A stretch of 64,000 nt of DNA from NCBI GenBank assembly GCA_964187785.1, contig OZ076409.1, forward strand, positions 47,184,001 through 47,248,000, given 5' to 3'. This document shows positions 24,350 to 37,875 of the stretch, one piece after another. The stretch is from Amphiscolops sp. MND2022. Its lineage: Eukaryota. How positions within the stretch are numbered: position 1 is the first letter of the stretch; each line of letters opens with the position of its first letter. The position numbers and the translations under genes were made by a program. Below the pieces are notes generated by a model. The model searched no databases. It saw only the letters and a list, made by a program, of their open reading frames with translations, and was not told the DNA's origin.

Positions 24350-26000
24350 GGAGAAAATATGTGACTTTGAAACTTCAAAAAACTCTCCCAACAAACCCAC
24401 TCGGAAATTTACCTTCAAAATTTGCACAGGATGTCTTAGTACCCTCAAAAACAGACGTTTGGTTTTAGATTTGAGAGAATACAAGTGTATGTAGAGAATT
24501 CAACAAAAATATTTCGAAAAAAAATTCAGAGAAAACGAAGCTTTTATGTTATTTTCGAACGAACATCAAATAAAACTATTAAATCAAATTTACCAGGTTC
24601 TTATTTACCTGGGGGTTCTTATTTTCAGGTACTGTATGCATTGGCGAATGTATTGGTACCTACCCCCTATCTGTATTTTTTGTTTGAAGAGAATTTAACA
24701 AAAAAAATTCGAAAAAGATTCAGAAAAAGGACATTTCAATGTTATTTTTGAAAAAACATCAAAAAAACTATTGAAACAAAATTCCCAGGTCGGGGTGTTC
24801 TGATTGCCAGGTACTGCATTCAATGACGAAAGAAGTGGTACCTACCCACCACCTGTATCTTTTTTGTATGTAGAGAATTTAACGAAAATTTCGAAAAAAG
24901 ATTCAGAAAAAGGACATTTCAATGTGTTTTTAAAAAAACATCTAAAAAGCTACTAAAACAAAATTCCCTGGTTAAGGAGTTCTTACTTCCACGTACTGCA
25001 TTCAATGACAAATTGAATGGTACCTACCCCTCAACTGTATCTTTCTTGTATGTAGAGAATTTAACAAAAAAAATCAAAAAATGGTTCTGCTCGTACTAAG
25101 ATTCCTAGGACTCCCATGCATGGCGATGCCTGGACCACCCATGGGCCATCCATGGGTAAAGTTTGGATCCAAAAAAAGCTGGAGAAGATCAAGAAAAATG
25201 GAACAAAAACTGACTTGTCTGAAAAATTCGAATTGCGCCGGAAGCTTGGGTGATTTTCTATAATCGTGTCTCTATAATCTTTGGTCGTTTTACCTGAACA
25301 ACCCGGATATCATTAAGATTTTTGAGCTCTCAAAATGTCAAATATTTGTCAGCAAACATTTCAAAACAACTTCTTACGGTGAATTTTAGCTTGTTGTTCA
25401 TTCACAGTACTAAGTGAACCAAAAAAACGGAACGTACAAAATTTTTGAGTTCTCAAAGTTCCAAATATTTGTGAACATTTTAAAAATTTCAAAAAACTCT
25501 CCCAACAAAACTACTCGGAGGATTACATTCAAAATTTGCATAGGATGTTTTACAAACATCAAAAACAAACGTTTGGTTTTTGATTTGAGAGAATACAAGT
25601 GTATGTAGAGAATTTAAGAAAATTATTTCAAAAAAAAATTCAGAAATTAGGATTTCTTAATGTTATTTCTGAAAGAACATCAAATAAAGATTTTAAAACA
25701 AAATTCCCAGCTAAGGATTCTCCCTCCCAGGTATTGTTTTCAATGACAATTCGAATGGTACCTGCCCCCCATCTGTATCTTTTTTGTATGTAGAGAATAT
25801 AACAAAAAATTCCAAAAAAGACTCCGAAAAAAGGACAATTCAATGTTATTTTTCAAAAAAAGATCCTAAAAACTTTTAAAACAACTTTCCCAGGTTGGGG
25901 GGTTCTTGTTTCCACGTACGGCATTCAATGACGAATAGAATGGTACCTACCCCCTGTCTGTATCTCTTTTGTATGTAAAGAATTTAACAAAAGAATGTAA
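24350..26000 (+). repeat. ~185-bp satellite family B, forward orientation
   Basis: ggtacctacccc..ctgtatcttt..gtatgtagagaatttaac recurs near 24487, 24684, 24866, 25048, 25601, 25786 and 25971. Confidence 0.88.
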
Positions 26001-26211
26001 AAAAAATTGATAAAATGATATAGTATTTATGATATAATGGATCGAGTCATCCATTTCCACACCCCAAATTTTAATATAATAGTATACTATAGTATTTTAG
26101 ATATAGTATAATATTGAATAAACTTCAAACAAATATGTTTTAAATATAAAAATATTAAATCAGAAACTAAGAGAGTTAGACAATTTTTAATGGCATATTC
26201 GGACTCGTATA

Positions 26212-26383
26212 GAAGTGGGACCAGAGCGGTCTCAGATGCACAATCTCCACTTGGTTGAACCTTGGTGACCCTCGTGGCAGAACTGCATGGAATCACTACT
26301 GTATTCCATGCAGTTCTGCCTCGAGGGTAATCAGGTTGAGCCAAGTGGAGATTGTGCATCTGAGACCGCTCTGGTCCCACTTC
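26212..26383. other. 172-bp GC-rich near-perfect hairpin/palindrome
   Basis: The ~82-nt arms (gaagtgggaccagagcggtctcagatgcacaatctccacttgg...gcagaactgcatggaat) are reverse complements with a few mismatches; the loop is about 9 nt. Confidence 0.97.
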
Positions 26384-28114
26384 ACTCTATTACGTCACTC
26401 ATCGTTCACAGCCGCCACGTGTTGGTACACACAGTGCTGCTCAGATAATCTGCTAAATGAACGTAATACATGTACTACAATTCGCACTTGTTCATACACT
26501 AGATCACATGTATTACTCACCGTCGCGTGTGTTGGTAATCGTTCACACGTACAATTCAATTAAGTTCACATTCACTGTTACGTTATACATGATGTACACA
26601 GATGACTGCAGTACATATGTCAGTATATCTGTACAGAATAAGTTCGACATTATATTACCTTTCTTACAAGTAACACACATTCTGAAATCGACATTTTGCT
26701 GTCAATTCATTCCAATGGCGTTCATTTAAACCATGTTATCACGTTGAAATTTTACCCAACTTCATATACTGATAATTTACCCAACTTGGTATATTATCAG
26801 TATATTATCAAATTTTAACTTTCTTACATCATTAACTTTCAACTATGTGGAATCATGTGCAGTGGAAGCAGTGTGGGCCGGAATTTTGGAATATAAATCA
26901 AGACCAGGTAACTTTTTTGAATTTCCTAATTTTTTTAAAAATTATTTTGTTAATTTTTCCACACACAGGAAATATACAGATAGGGTGTAGGTACCATTCG
27001 ATTTGCCATTGAATGCACTACCTGAGAAAAAGAACCCCCCAAATTGGGAATTTTGTTTTTATAACTTTTTTTAATGTTATTTCAAAAAGAACCTAAAATT
27101 GTCCTTTTTTGTGAAAAAGTTTTGAAATTGTTTTGTTAAATTCTCTACATACAAGAAAGATACAGATGGGGGGTTGGTAACATTCAATTTGCCATTGAAT
27201 GCACTATTTGGGAAGTAGAACCCCCCAACTTGGGAATTTTGTTTTAATCACATTTATTGACGTTTTTTCGGAAGGCACATGAAAATTTCATAATTTCTGA
27301 TTTTTTTTCGAAATTATTTTGTTCATTTCTTTACACACAGAAAAGATACAGATGGGGGGTTGGTACCATTCGATTTGTTATTGAATTCAATATCTGGGAA
27401 TGAGAAACCCCCAACCTGAGAATTTTGTTTTAATCACATTTACTGACGTTTTTTCGGAAGGCACATGAAAATTTCATACTTTCTGATTTTTTTTACGAAA
27501 TTATTTTGTTAATTTCTTTACACACAGAAAAGATACAGATGGGGGGTTGGTACCATTCGATTTGTCATTGATTTCAGTATCTGGGAATGAGGAACTCCCA
27601 ACCTGAGAATTTTGTTTTAATCACATTTACTGACGTTTTTTCGGAAGGCACATGAAAATTTCATACTTTCTGATTTTTTTTTTCGAAATTATTTTGTTAA
27701 TTTCTTTACACACAGAAAAGATACAGATGGGGGGTTGGTACCATTCGATTTGTCATTGAATTCAGTATCTGGGAATGAGAAACCCCCAACCTGAGAATTT
27801 TGTTTGAATCACATTTACTGACGTTTTTTCGGAAGGCACATGAAACTTTCATATTCTGTTTTTTTTTTTCGAAATTGTGTTGTTAATTTCTTTACACACA
27901 GAAAAGATACAGATGGGGGTTGGTACCATTCATTTTTTCAATGAATTTAGTGTCTGGGAAAGAGAAACCCCCAACCTGGGAATTTTGTTTTAATAAATTT
28001 TATTGATGTTTTTTCAGAAGGCACATGAAAATTTCATTTTTCTGATTTTTTTTCGAAATATTTTTGTTAATATCCTTATACACCGAAAAGATACAGATGG
28101 GGGGGGGGGTGGGT

Positions 28115-28642
28115 TGGCACCACGACAATTCGTACAAACGACATTCCGTACAATAGCCAAAAACCCGACATTTCGTACACGGACAATTGGTACAAAAATG
28201 AAACCGGGCATTTCGTACAAAATTATAGTGAATAGATTTGCAAAATAGATCTCAAACAACAGAATTACTAGCTTTCAGTGCTGTTACAGCCAATATGTAT
28301 GAAACTTGATTCATTTAAAGAGGTTAGCATAAATGTTGTATGGCTCGGTCGTTTCGCTCCCTTCGCCAAGTAGCAACATTGAGGCATGGCCAAATGGCGC
28401 GTCGCTTCGCTTCGCTCCTGCATTTAGGGCACTAGGGGTATGTGAACATAGCTGACTACGTTATAATATTAAGTTGTATAATATAAATTGCACGAAATGT
28501 GGGGTTTCATTTTTGTACGAAATGTCAGGTTTCGTTTTTGTACGAAATGTCTGGTTTCGCTTTTGTACGAAATGTCTGGTTTTGGTTTTTGTACGAGATG
28601 TCGTGTGTACGAAATGTCGTGTCTACGAATTGTCGTGCCCCC
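28115..28642. mobile_element. MITE-like insertion with long repetitive inverted ends, nested in the satellite
   Basis: cacgacaattcgtacaaacgacattccgtac ... gtacgaaatgtcgtgtctacgaattgtcgtg; gacatttcgtaca subrepeats occur in opposite orientation at the two ends. Confidence 0.7.
28340..28463 (+). repeat. Dispersed ~125-135 bp repeat with gcttcgct motifs and CACTAG (Helitron-end-like); copies at 43802-43938, 58570-58700, and reversed partials near 48045, 57025, 61340, 61660
   Basis: tatggctcggtcgcttcgctcccttcgccaagtagcaacattgaggcat...gcttcgctcctgcatttagggcactag is nearly identical across copies. Confidence 0.75.
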
Positions 28643-31600
28643 AGATGGGGATTGGTAAAATTCGATTTGTCATTGAATTTAGTATCTGGGAAAGAGAAAC
28701 CACCAACCTGGAAACTTTGTTTTTATAAATTTTATTGATGTTTTTTTTCAGATTTTCTGATTTTTTCGAAGTTATTTTGTTATTTTCTCTGCATATAAAA
28801 AAGATACAGATAGGAGGTAGGTACCATTCTATGATCTTGGCAAGGATACCATGGACATGCAAGTTCGTGTAAAAGCTAGCCATGATCTTGGCAAGGAAGC
28901 CAAGGTTAACCATGTTCTTCACAACGGTTTCATGGAAGCAAATCAGTTTTTTTGTACCGCTTATTTTCTAAGTCTGTCCATTTTTATTGCACTAGTTTCC
29001 ATTGCATTTTCGAACATCAGTAATAACAACACGTTACCTCAATAGGTGAGGTATTAGCAAGATCATTCGTAGAAAAGATTGTTTTCACACCAAAATTGCA
29101 AATCCGCAAGTTGCAAAACTTTGATTTGGAGTTTGCTTTGTATGATAAGATATTAAAAACAATGCCGTGCTCTCAAGTACCAAAACTTGATCAATAGGTA
29201 CAAAGTATTGAGAAGTGTTGAATACTCTTGAGTTAAAACACTTTTTCCGATAAATAAAGGTTATGTCCTAAGTTATCACAACGGCCTATTCAGAAATTGG
29301 GAAGGACAAGAAATTTTTGTGGAAAGAATAATTTATACAATTAAAAGCAACTCACATGGCTGACCATGGTTATCTTGCCATGATCTTGACAAGCGTTCCA
29401 TGTATCATGATTTGCCATAATCTTGACAAGTGTACCATGGTTAACCATGATTTAGCAAGATTAACCATTATCATGGCAAGCGTTCCATGGCTTCGAACAC
29501 TGGGAATCCACAACAAACTAGCATCTCGAATATCTCGAACACCTGAAAATCTTACCTATCAAACGGCTTCTGGGAACCTGGTGCCGAAAATCGTCCTTAA
29601 TGCTTCCCGGGTCATTAAGGTAACCCAAACAACCAAAAAACATGAAAGAGAAACGATTATAGAAAATCAACCAAGCTTCCGGTGCATTTTGAAAATAATC
29701 GCAAGCACTTATATTTTCTCGAATCGAACACCAAACGGTTGTTTCTAAGCGTTTTAAAACCTTATTTGCAAGTTTTGAAAACGATCCTCTGAGTAATTTT
29801 GTTGGGAGAGATTTTAGAAGTTCTAGCTTGGTTCATAATCTCGAAATGAAAAAAAATCTTATGGGTGAAATATTTTTATGGGCAACCTTCTGGGTTGGTA
29901 GATGTGTTGATAAAGTGTTGTTGTTGTAATATTTCGGGAACACGGTTTGTTGGAGTATTTTTAATTTCTGGTAAATCGGAATACGTTATAGTAATTTACT
30001 GAAAATTGTTTGGATCTGTGAAGATCTGTAAAGATCTGCAAAACTCTACAGATCTGTACAGATTGCTGCAGAAAAATGTTCCATCATTATGACTTAAATG
30101 AGACTTCTCTCAAGTTTTAAACACTTTTATTATTCGTTTGACATCGCTGTTTGGTTTTTAGTGTGTTTCTGATAAGGTCATTTTTCTTCGAATCTGCACA
30201 TATCTGCAAAGATCTGCAAAAATCCTGCAAAGATTCGGAAAGATCGAAAACCTGGGCATGGCCTACAGACCTTCCATGCAATTCCATGCATGGAATCATA
30301 TGATTCCATACATGGAAGTGCATGGAACCATATGATTTCATGCATGGAAAGGTATGGAACGAAAAGCGAAAATTCGAAATTCTCAAATTTTCAAACTTTC
30401 GTCCTACTAGCGTGTCACTTTCCGGAATCAACTGGAAAACAACTGGATTTGATTTGACTTGCACTGGAAAACGGAAAATGATACAATAAAACCGAAAAGA
30501 CGGAGTGCTTCCAAACTGTTAGGTATAAGGACTTAGATTTTCAGCTATGTTTGCAGTTTGAAACCGAGTCCGACATTTTCTGATGTGATATCGGTTTTTC
30601 TCTCAGATCTTGTTACACTGGTTCTTTCAGTATTTCTAGATCTCATTCTCGAGGTTCTTACTGTTGTTTTAGATCTTATTGTAATGTTTTCGATATTTTC
30701 GGATGTTATTACTGTGGTTTCCTTTGTGGTACTCTATGTTTCGTTGAATGACTATTATACCATTTTTTTGTTCATTTTGTGAGTTGCATCTCTAAGGTTG
30801 CATGTTCTCTCCAAAAAATCAACAACGCAAAAAATCTTGAAAATATTCGCAAGCAATTGTATTTTCTCAAATCGAAAACCAAACTTTTGTTTCTAAGTTT
30901 TTAAAAACCTTATTTGCAAATTTGGAAAATGATCCTCTGAGTAATTTCGTTAAAATAAGGTGTTTTCACCGAAATTAATGAGAACAGTCGATGTTCTCAG
31001 AATCTTCTCAGTTGCTAAAAACTTTGAACGAAATTTTCATTTTCAAAAATTTCGAACTTTCCACTGATTGTAGGTTTGTTTTTCCTTGTAGTTTTGATGG
31101 GAGAGTGTTTTCCAGTTCTAGCCCTCTTTTATAAGGTATTACGACATCATCTGCAAATTTGAGCTTATTTCTAATGGAACCCTGCAGAGGCCACGTTTTC
31201 GACGTGGGTTTCGTTATGGGTGACACATTGTGATCCCCATACAGATAGGATACAGATAGGAGGTATGCACCATTCAATTTGTCATTGAATGCAGTACCTG
31301 GGAATGACAGGGAATGGCCCCATGGATAATCTTCTATCATTTTGACCGATGATTCAATCTGATGAGCCGTGTTGAAAATTTCGTTCAAAGTCGAATATTT
31401 TTTCTTACTGTGTCAGTTTTCGTCTCTTGTTCTGTCTCTTGACTCTGAGGGGTACCGTAATGGCCCAGGTAGCATCAAATACCGAACGTTGTTTTTTGAG
31501 GGTATCAGGGAATCCTCTGCAAGTTTTGAAGCTGATCCAGTGGGTAGTTTTGCTGGGAGAGTTTGTTGAAATTCTAAGTTTGCCTTTTTTTTCCAAAACA

Positions 31601-32576
31601 CATTTGTATTTTCTCAAATCCAAAACCATACGTTTGTTTCTAGATGTTTTAAAACCCTTTTTGCAAGTTTTGAAAATGATTCTCCTATTAATTTTGTTGG
31701 GAGAGTTTTTTGAAGTTGTTTGTTCTTTGTTCATTTTCTCGAAATAAAAAAATAACAAGAGCGGGATCAAGATTCGATGCCAAATGTTGAAATTAATTGG
31801 TTGAACTCTCGGCCAATAAGGAAGCGCAATAACTACTAGCAATTCACAAAATCAGAGTTTTTCTGGAATCAGAAATTAAGATCCAATAAAATAACTGATG
31901 TCGACATAATCATATCCAATACATCGACTGTCAGTTAAAAGTTGCTCATCAGATTTTATCTTGGAGGAGACAATTTGCGTTGAAATAGGGGCCTTGAAAT
32001 AGGGATTGTAGGTTTTGTTTTTCCTTGCAGTTTTGTTCGGAGAGTTTTTTTCAGTTTTATTGTTGTTGTTGTTGTCCAAAGTTGAGCTCATTTCTTATGA
32101 AACCCTGCAGAGGCCACCTTCTCGACGTGGGTTTCGTTATGGGTGACACATTGTGATCCCCGAACAGAGAGCCTCTTTAAAAATACAAAATACTGGGAGA
32201 AAAGATTTTACGTTGTGATTTTCTATCATAGCTATCATTTTTGCCCGACATTTCATCTTACTACTAACATTGTTTGCAGTACCAATTTAAAATTTTTCCT
32301 AATTTTTTTTTGGACATCAGACCAATAAAATCTTCAAATTGTAACAAAAAAAATGAAGAAACTACTTCGAAAAAAAATTATCACAGAACTTCGAAAAACC
32401 CATCACGGGTCCTTTTTTGGTTTTCTTTTTCACTGCAACATGATTTTGAACCAATATGTGATCTCAAAAATTTTTAAATGGCTTATCCAAAATAAAATGA
32501 CAATTAACAGTCCTTGTTACTTCAAACTGTCAAACTAACAACTACCTCAAGGACTTCATTTTGTCACCACGATCTA

Positions 32577-32941
<365 letters not shown>

Positions 32942-33743
32942 GTTCGCGGTGACATTTTGCACCACAATTCCAAAATCGTGTACCACTTTGCATGACCTCG
33001 AAAAATCGCAAGACCGAAATGCACCTACTACTACCAAGAGCAAAATGGTATCAGATTTACTACTAAAACTATGTCCAAGTAGCATGTGATTTTTTATTTA
33101 GGTTGAAAGGAGGTGTTGAGAGAGAGGTGTTAATTCTAAATGAGTGAAAATGAGTCTAACAGGTGAAAGACATCTAAACCTTTGATAATTATCTGAGGTA
33201 ATGTGAGGAAAGAAAAATAAGCAGCCAACCCCATCCCCCCACCTCAACCCATCACCCCAACCCATCAGCCCAACCCATCACCCCAACCCCTCTCCATGAT
33301 TGTTTATTAAAAGTCTAGTTAAAAGTTCAGTAGAGGAAGTTTATTTTTAGAGTTTAATTTTTTTAAATTTTAGAGTTTTAATTAGTTTAAAAAGCAGAAA
33401 TTAATGAATTATTGATTAAGATGAAAATCAAAATATCTTAGATAAATCAAAATTTTTTAGAGTTTTAATTATTTTAATTAGTTTAAAAGGTAAAAATTAA
33501 TGAATTATTGATAAAATCATAATGAGGACACTTTTCAAGAAGTAAATTACTTTGTGACAATTTTATGCAGAAAAATCAAACATGACCATTGGTTATTCAT
33601 CAGAATAAGAATTAAAGTATGATATAAATTAAATTAAAGTTCCGAGGAAACTTCGATCAAATAGATTTAAATAAAATTGAAGTACGAATGAAACTTCGAT
33701 CAAAGCTGATCAAATATATAAACAACTGAAATCGAAATGAAAA

Positions 33744-33830
33744 CGGGGACGGTGGTTCAGTGGTTAAGTGGGCTGGTTGTTCGGGCTTGTTCATCGCAAA
33801 CCGGGGTTCGAATCCCAGACTGGGCGGGTT
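33744..33830 (+). pseudogene. tRNA-derived/SINE-head-like sequence with Pol III A and B boxes
   Basis: tggttcagtggttaag (A box) and ggttcgaatccc (B box); no proper cloverleaf. Confidence 0.55.
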
Positions 33831-33959
33831 TGGAATGCGAATTTTTATTGCTGTTTTGATCTTTTAAGTGTTTGACTGGAAACACCCTTTTGACTGGAAA
33901 CACTGAGTCACTGTCCTTTTTTTGAGGAAACAAGGGAGGGAGGAGAGTCACAGTACTAA

Positions 33960-34688
33960 AATAATATAAATAATCTAATAATAATCTAAGGACCAGATTT
34001 CTTTGCCCCCCTTTTTTTCTTCAGAAGATATTGCTTTTTTGATGTTCTTTGAAAAAAACACGAAAAGTTCTGAATATCTGAATTATTCGTTACTATTGCG
34101 CTTTCTTATTGGCCGAGAATTCAACCAATTAGGCATCTGAATCAAAAGTACAAAGTTTCACACTTTTGAATGATGATTTAAGTTGATTCAAATATTATTT
34201 ATTTTCACAGTATTATATAATTATTATATAACAAATATCATTTTAAAATATTTTTAAAAAGTGTGGGGGGAAAGGAAAAAGTTCCGTTACTATAATCAAT
34301 TGCATAAACAACATTTTGAAAAGTGTGGGGGGGAGGACAAAGTTCCGTTACTATAATTAATTGCAAAAACAACAATTTACCCCCACACTTTTTAAAATTA
34401 TTTTAAAATGATATTTGTTATATAATAATTATATAATACTGTGAAATTATATAATATTTGAATCAACTTAAATCATCATTCAAAAGTGTGAAACTTTGTA
34501 CTTTTGATTCAGATGCCTAATTGGTTGAATTCTCGGCCAATAAGAAAGCGCAATAGTAACGAATAATTCAGATATTCAGAACTTTTCGTGTTTTTTCAAA
34601 GAACATCAAAAAAGCAATATCTTATGAAGAAAAAAAGGGGGGCAAAGAAATCTGGTCCTTAGATTATTATTAGATTATTTATATTATT
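33960..34688. repeat. ~730-bp foldback: ~310-bp near-perfect inverted arms, ~110-bp spacer
   Basis: 33960-34268 is the reverse complement of 34381-34688; the spacer contains a short direct duplication (aagtgtgggggg...aagttccgttactataat). Confidence 0.95.
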
Positions 34689-34909
34689 AGATTATTAGAT
34701 TTAATGCATCCGGCTGCAGCTCAAGCGGTCACTGGTTAGAACCCGGGTGCAACCTAACTTTTTTCATTTGATATTCTCCCAAGAGATTTTTGTATTATTC
34801 GAATTTGAAGCTTGTTTTGAAACTAAAACGGGTACACAACTGCTTTTAAAAAACGGATGCAGAGTGGTCAACTAATTTTTTCACGAGGTTCCAGGTGTCA
34901 AGATGCAAG

Positions 34910-35119
34910 ATGAGACCCAAAAACTTGAGGCCAACAAAACTTTATAGTAGATGTATTATTTGTTTAGAGGACTTTAGATCAGTAGAATTACAGAGCTTTC
35001 ATAGAAAACATTCCTTACATTTAGCATGTAGAGACTGTTTAGATTCCCTTTTTGTATATTCAGATGTATTTAAATGTCCATTATGTAGAATACCTGTAGA
35101 TAACATTGTATATTCTTAG
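34910..35119 (+). CDS. 69-aa RING-finger micro-protein (paralog 1)
   Basis: CIIC...FHRKHSLHLACRDC...CPLCRIPV; an acceptor-like ttccag lies at 34889-34894 upstream of the ATG. Confidence 0.72.
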   Translation: MRPKNLRPTKLYSRCIICLEDFRSVELQSFHRKHSLHLACRDCLDSLFVYSDVFKCPLCRIPVDNIVYS

Positions 35120-35161
35120 TTTTGTAAATTTTGTAGTTTATTTTATTAGTTAATTTACGGA

Positions 35162-35495
35162 CAGGGGTGTTAAAAGTCTCCCTTTTTTGTTATTTAGGAC
35201 AACATTAGGTCATTACTGCCATTTAGTCCATTCACCCATCTGGGTTCAATCTTTCAGTGCATTTCTTTTTGGTTCATTGGATTTTGCATGTGGTGTTAAA
35301 AGTCTCCCTTTTTTGTTATTTAAATCAATCTTAAGTCATTACTGCCATTTAGTCCATTCACCCATCTGGTTTCAATCTTTCAGTGCATTTCTTTTTGGTT
35401 CATTTTGTCATTTGGTTCATTTTTGGTTCGTCATTTTGGTTTGTCATTTTGGTTCATTTTGTCATTTGACTAAACGATAATTTTTAACACCCCTG
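35162..35495. mobile_element. MITE-like segment with 14-bp TIR CAGGGGTGTTAAAA
   Basis: caggggtgttaaaa ... ttttaacacccctg; no matching TSD. Confidence 0.6.
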
Positions 35496-35496
35496 T

Positions 35497-35660
35497 TTGA
35501 GACCTTACAGAGGCCACGTTCTCGTCGTGGGTCTTGTTAAAGGGTGACACTATGTGATCCCCGAACTGAGAGCCTCTTTAAAATTACAAAATTTTGGGCT
35601 AGTGTTATTGTATGTTGTAATTTCTGATCAGAACATTAACAAAGGCCCAACATTTCGAAA
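35497..35660 (+). repeat. Conserved GC-rich box (gagaccc..cagaggccacgttctcg.cgtgggtcttgttatgggcgacactatgtgatcccc..actgagagcctctttaaaa); copies at ~31177, 32099, 55682 and reversed at ~47285, 57350, 62420
   Basis: Seven recognisable copies; four lie downstream of RING loci. Confidence 0.85.
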
Positions 35661-37875
35661 ATGTGTCATTGTGAAAATCAGTAGCAGTGCTGAAATCTAA
35701 ATACCATATTACATCAATTGAGAATGCATTATGGGTTCGCGGCGTTGTACCATCTGCAACTTGGAAGCAAAAAATTGAAAAATCATTTTTTTTCAAAGTT
35801 GTGGAAAATTACTTTTTAATCATTTTCCTGAAAGAGTTTGAGTTCTTTTTATGCTCTACAGATTTTTTTTGGTTTACTTGGTCTCAGAATTTTTTTTGAG
35901 GGTCGGAAAATTAACTTTCAATATATGTACGTCAGACAATTCTGTAAAGTTTTAAATAATTCATTTTTTAAATCATAAATGATTTCATGTTTAACGCGTT
36001 TCCTCTCCTCTTGAACTGGGAAGAACAGACAAAATGCCCCTCTTGGTGACCCACGGTTGAATCTTTTAGGTAATATGTCTAACAAAACAATACACATCAA
36101 ATCTCAACCCAATCACATTGCGTTTCCTTCGCTCAGTCCTTTTCCAATTTTTGTCAATTTTCACTGTCTCATAGGAGTTCCCACCTTTCATGTCCCACCT
36201 TTTGCCCGTTCCACCAAAGTTTATTTAAAAAGGGGTCAATGTCCCACTAAGTCTGCTTTCCTCAAATCACACAATCCTCTAAGAATTTTCACTCAGATTC
36301 AATTGGTCGTGTACGAAATAGACCCCACTTTTTACTAGGCCTTGGTGGGACGTGCACAAGGTGGGACATAATAAGTGGGACGCCATTTCACACATAGTGT
36401 TTTCGTTCAAAAACATTTCTCAGGAACCCTGATCACATTGTAATTCTTTTAGAACATTTTTCTAAGGAAACGATACAAAGATAGCCGGCATTTGAAACCA
36501 TACTGCATTTATTGCGACAACATTCAATTGGCTGACGACGCAATTCATTATAGCGGAATGTTTTTGGCTGGTGAAAACTTGTATTTCGAGATTCGAAAAG
36601 AAAATATTATTCCATCGTTCTAAAAATAAATCGTTTCATTTAACATTTACATAATAGCCTCTTACAATGGAACAAAATGAGGACAGTTTCTCAGCCAGCA
36701 GTTGTTACGCCAAGACCCACCAGGGCCAAGTAAAAAATATCCTGAAATTAACCTTTATATTAATATCTTATATATTATATTTATTTTTCATTATATTGTT
36801 ACACACGTGGTACCCTTAGTCTCTCACTGCGCGTGAGCGTCGTATTTTAAATACTCAATGGGTTCGACATGCATTGGAAAGTTTTTATCAACCGCATTAT
36901 TGACAGACGATTCAACGATTTTTTTCTAAAAACGGGCTGTCACTTTCTAGTTTGGCCTCGGTGGTGTCCTTAAAATGTTCCTAATTTTTTTACTTTCTGA
37001 GGCTGGTGTTCTTATTAAGGTAATCTTACAAAAACTGGGTGTAGTCTATTCATTGTAGTCTATGCTATAATCAATCAATAACAGTATTTTAAAATAGCTT
37101 TATTAAAACAAAATATATGTAGAATTGAATAAATAGTTTTGAAAAAAAACACAAATAGTTAATAAATAATTTCTACTCGTATTTTAGAACGCAGTTCTAC
37201 AACATTTCCATGACACATGCTTCTTTATTTCTACTACATACATAGACTTTTTACCAAATTGACCCACTATAAGAATTATTCATAACAAAAACAACAACAT
37301 GTTAGAATGACGCACTATGGACAAAACGAGGTCAATCACCAAAGAAATATACCTTTCTTAGTGGGACATACAACGATAACAGCGACTTCTCCGTCTCATT
37401 CCGAGGATGCGGTTCATACCTGATCAAAAACCTGTTCAAATCATGGTACTTGGTGGAGCATAAGGTGGGGATATGCAGTAGTTATTCTAGAAGAAGCAAC
37501 ATAGCACGCGAAAGAAAGCAAATGAACAAATCTCATTGGCCGATCAAGGTCTCACGCGCTCATTTCATTGGTTGAGAGCAACGTGCAAAACATCAGGTTT
37601 TAGTTTTTTGAATTTTTGACCCACTTACAATTTTTTGATTTCAAATCGTTTCCGACATTGCTGTTCCTAATTACTTGATTATCTATAGCCGGTTAGATTA
37701 CCAAAGTAATTCACTTTGAACTATATCACAACTGAACACCGAATAATTACTCGCGAATAATTTTGAGACAATTGTGGCTAGGACGTTTTTGGAAGGGGTA
37801 CTGTGGAACTCCAGTTCTTTCTCAGTCTCTTTGAACTCAGTCTGTTTAGTCTAGTCTGTAACACCTAATCTACTG

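Larger units (their letters stand above)
26935..28830 (-). repeat. ~186-bp satellite family B, reverse orientation
   Basis: aagatacagatgggggttggtaccattc recurs near 26973, 27157, 27343, 27530, 27718, 27904 and 28088. Confidence 0.92.
22918..32576. mobile_element. Putative ~9.7-kb non-autonomous foldback-like DNA element inserted in (TAC)n
   Basis: Ends tagatcgcaatgacaaaa / ttttgtcaccacgatcta form an imperfect 18-bp TIR, both abutting TAC tracts. The internal repeat families occur in mirror orientation. Confidence 0.6.

Noticed and set aside
26087..26729. ORFs overlapping the hairpin island
   Set aside because: Symmetric translations of the palindrome with no recognisable domain.
24288..32091. 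Recurring ORFs with SKNSPNKT...FKIC...LVLDLREYKC peptides
   Set aside because: They arise from the satellite/mirror repeats, are open on both strands in short pieces, and show no consistent gene structure.
33744..33830. Functional tRNA genes here, at 16340 and at 19939
   Set aside because: A/B boxes are present, but acceptor and anticodon stems do not pair properly.
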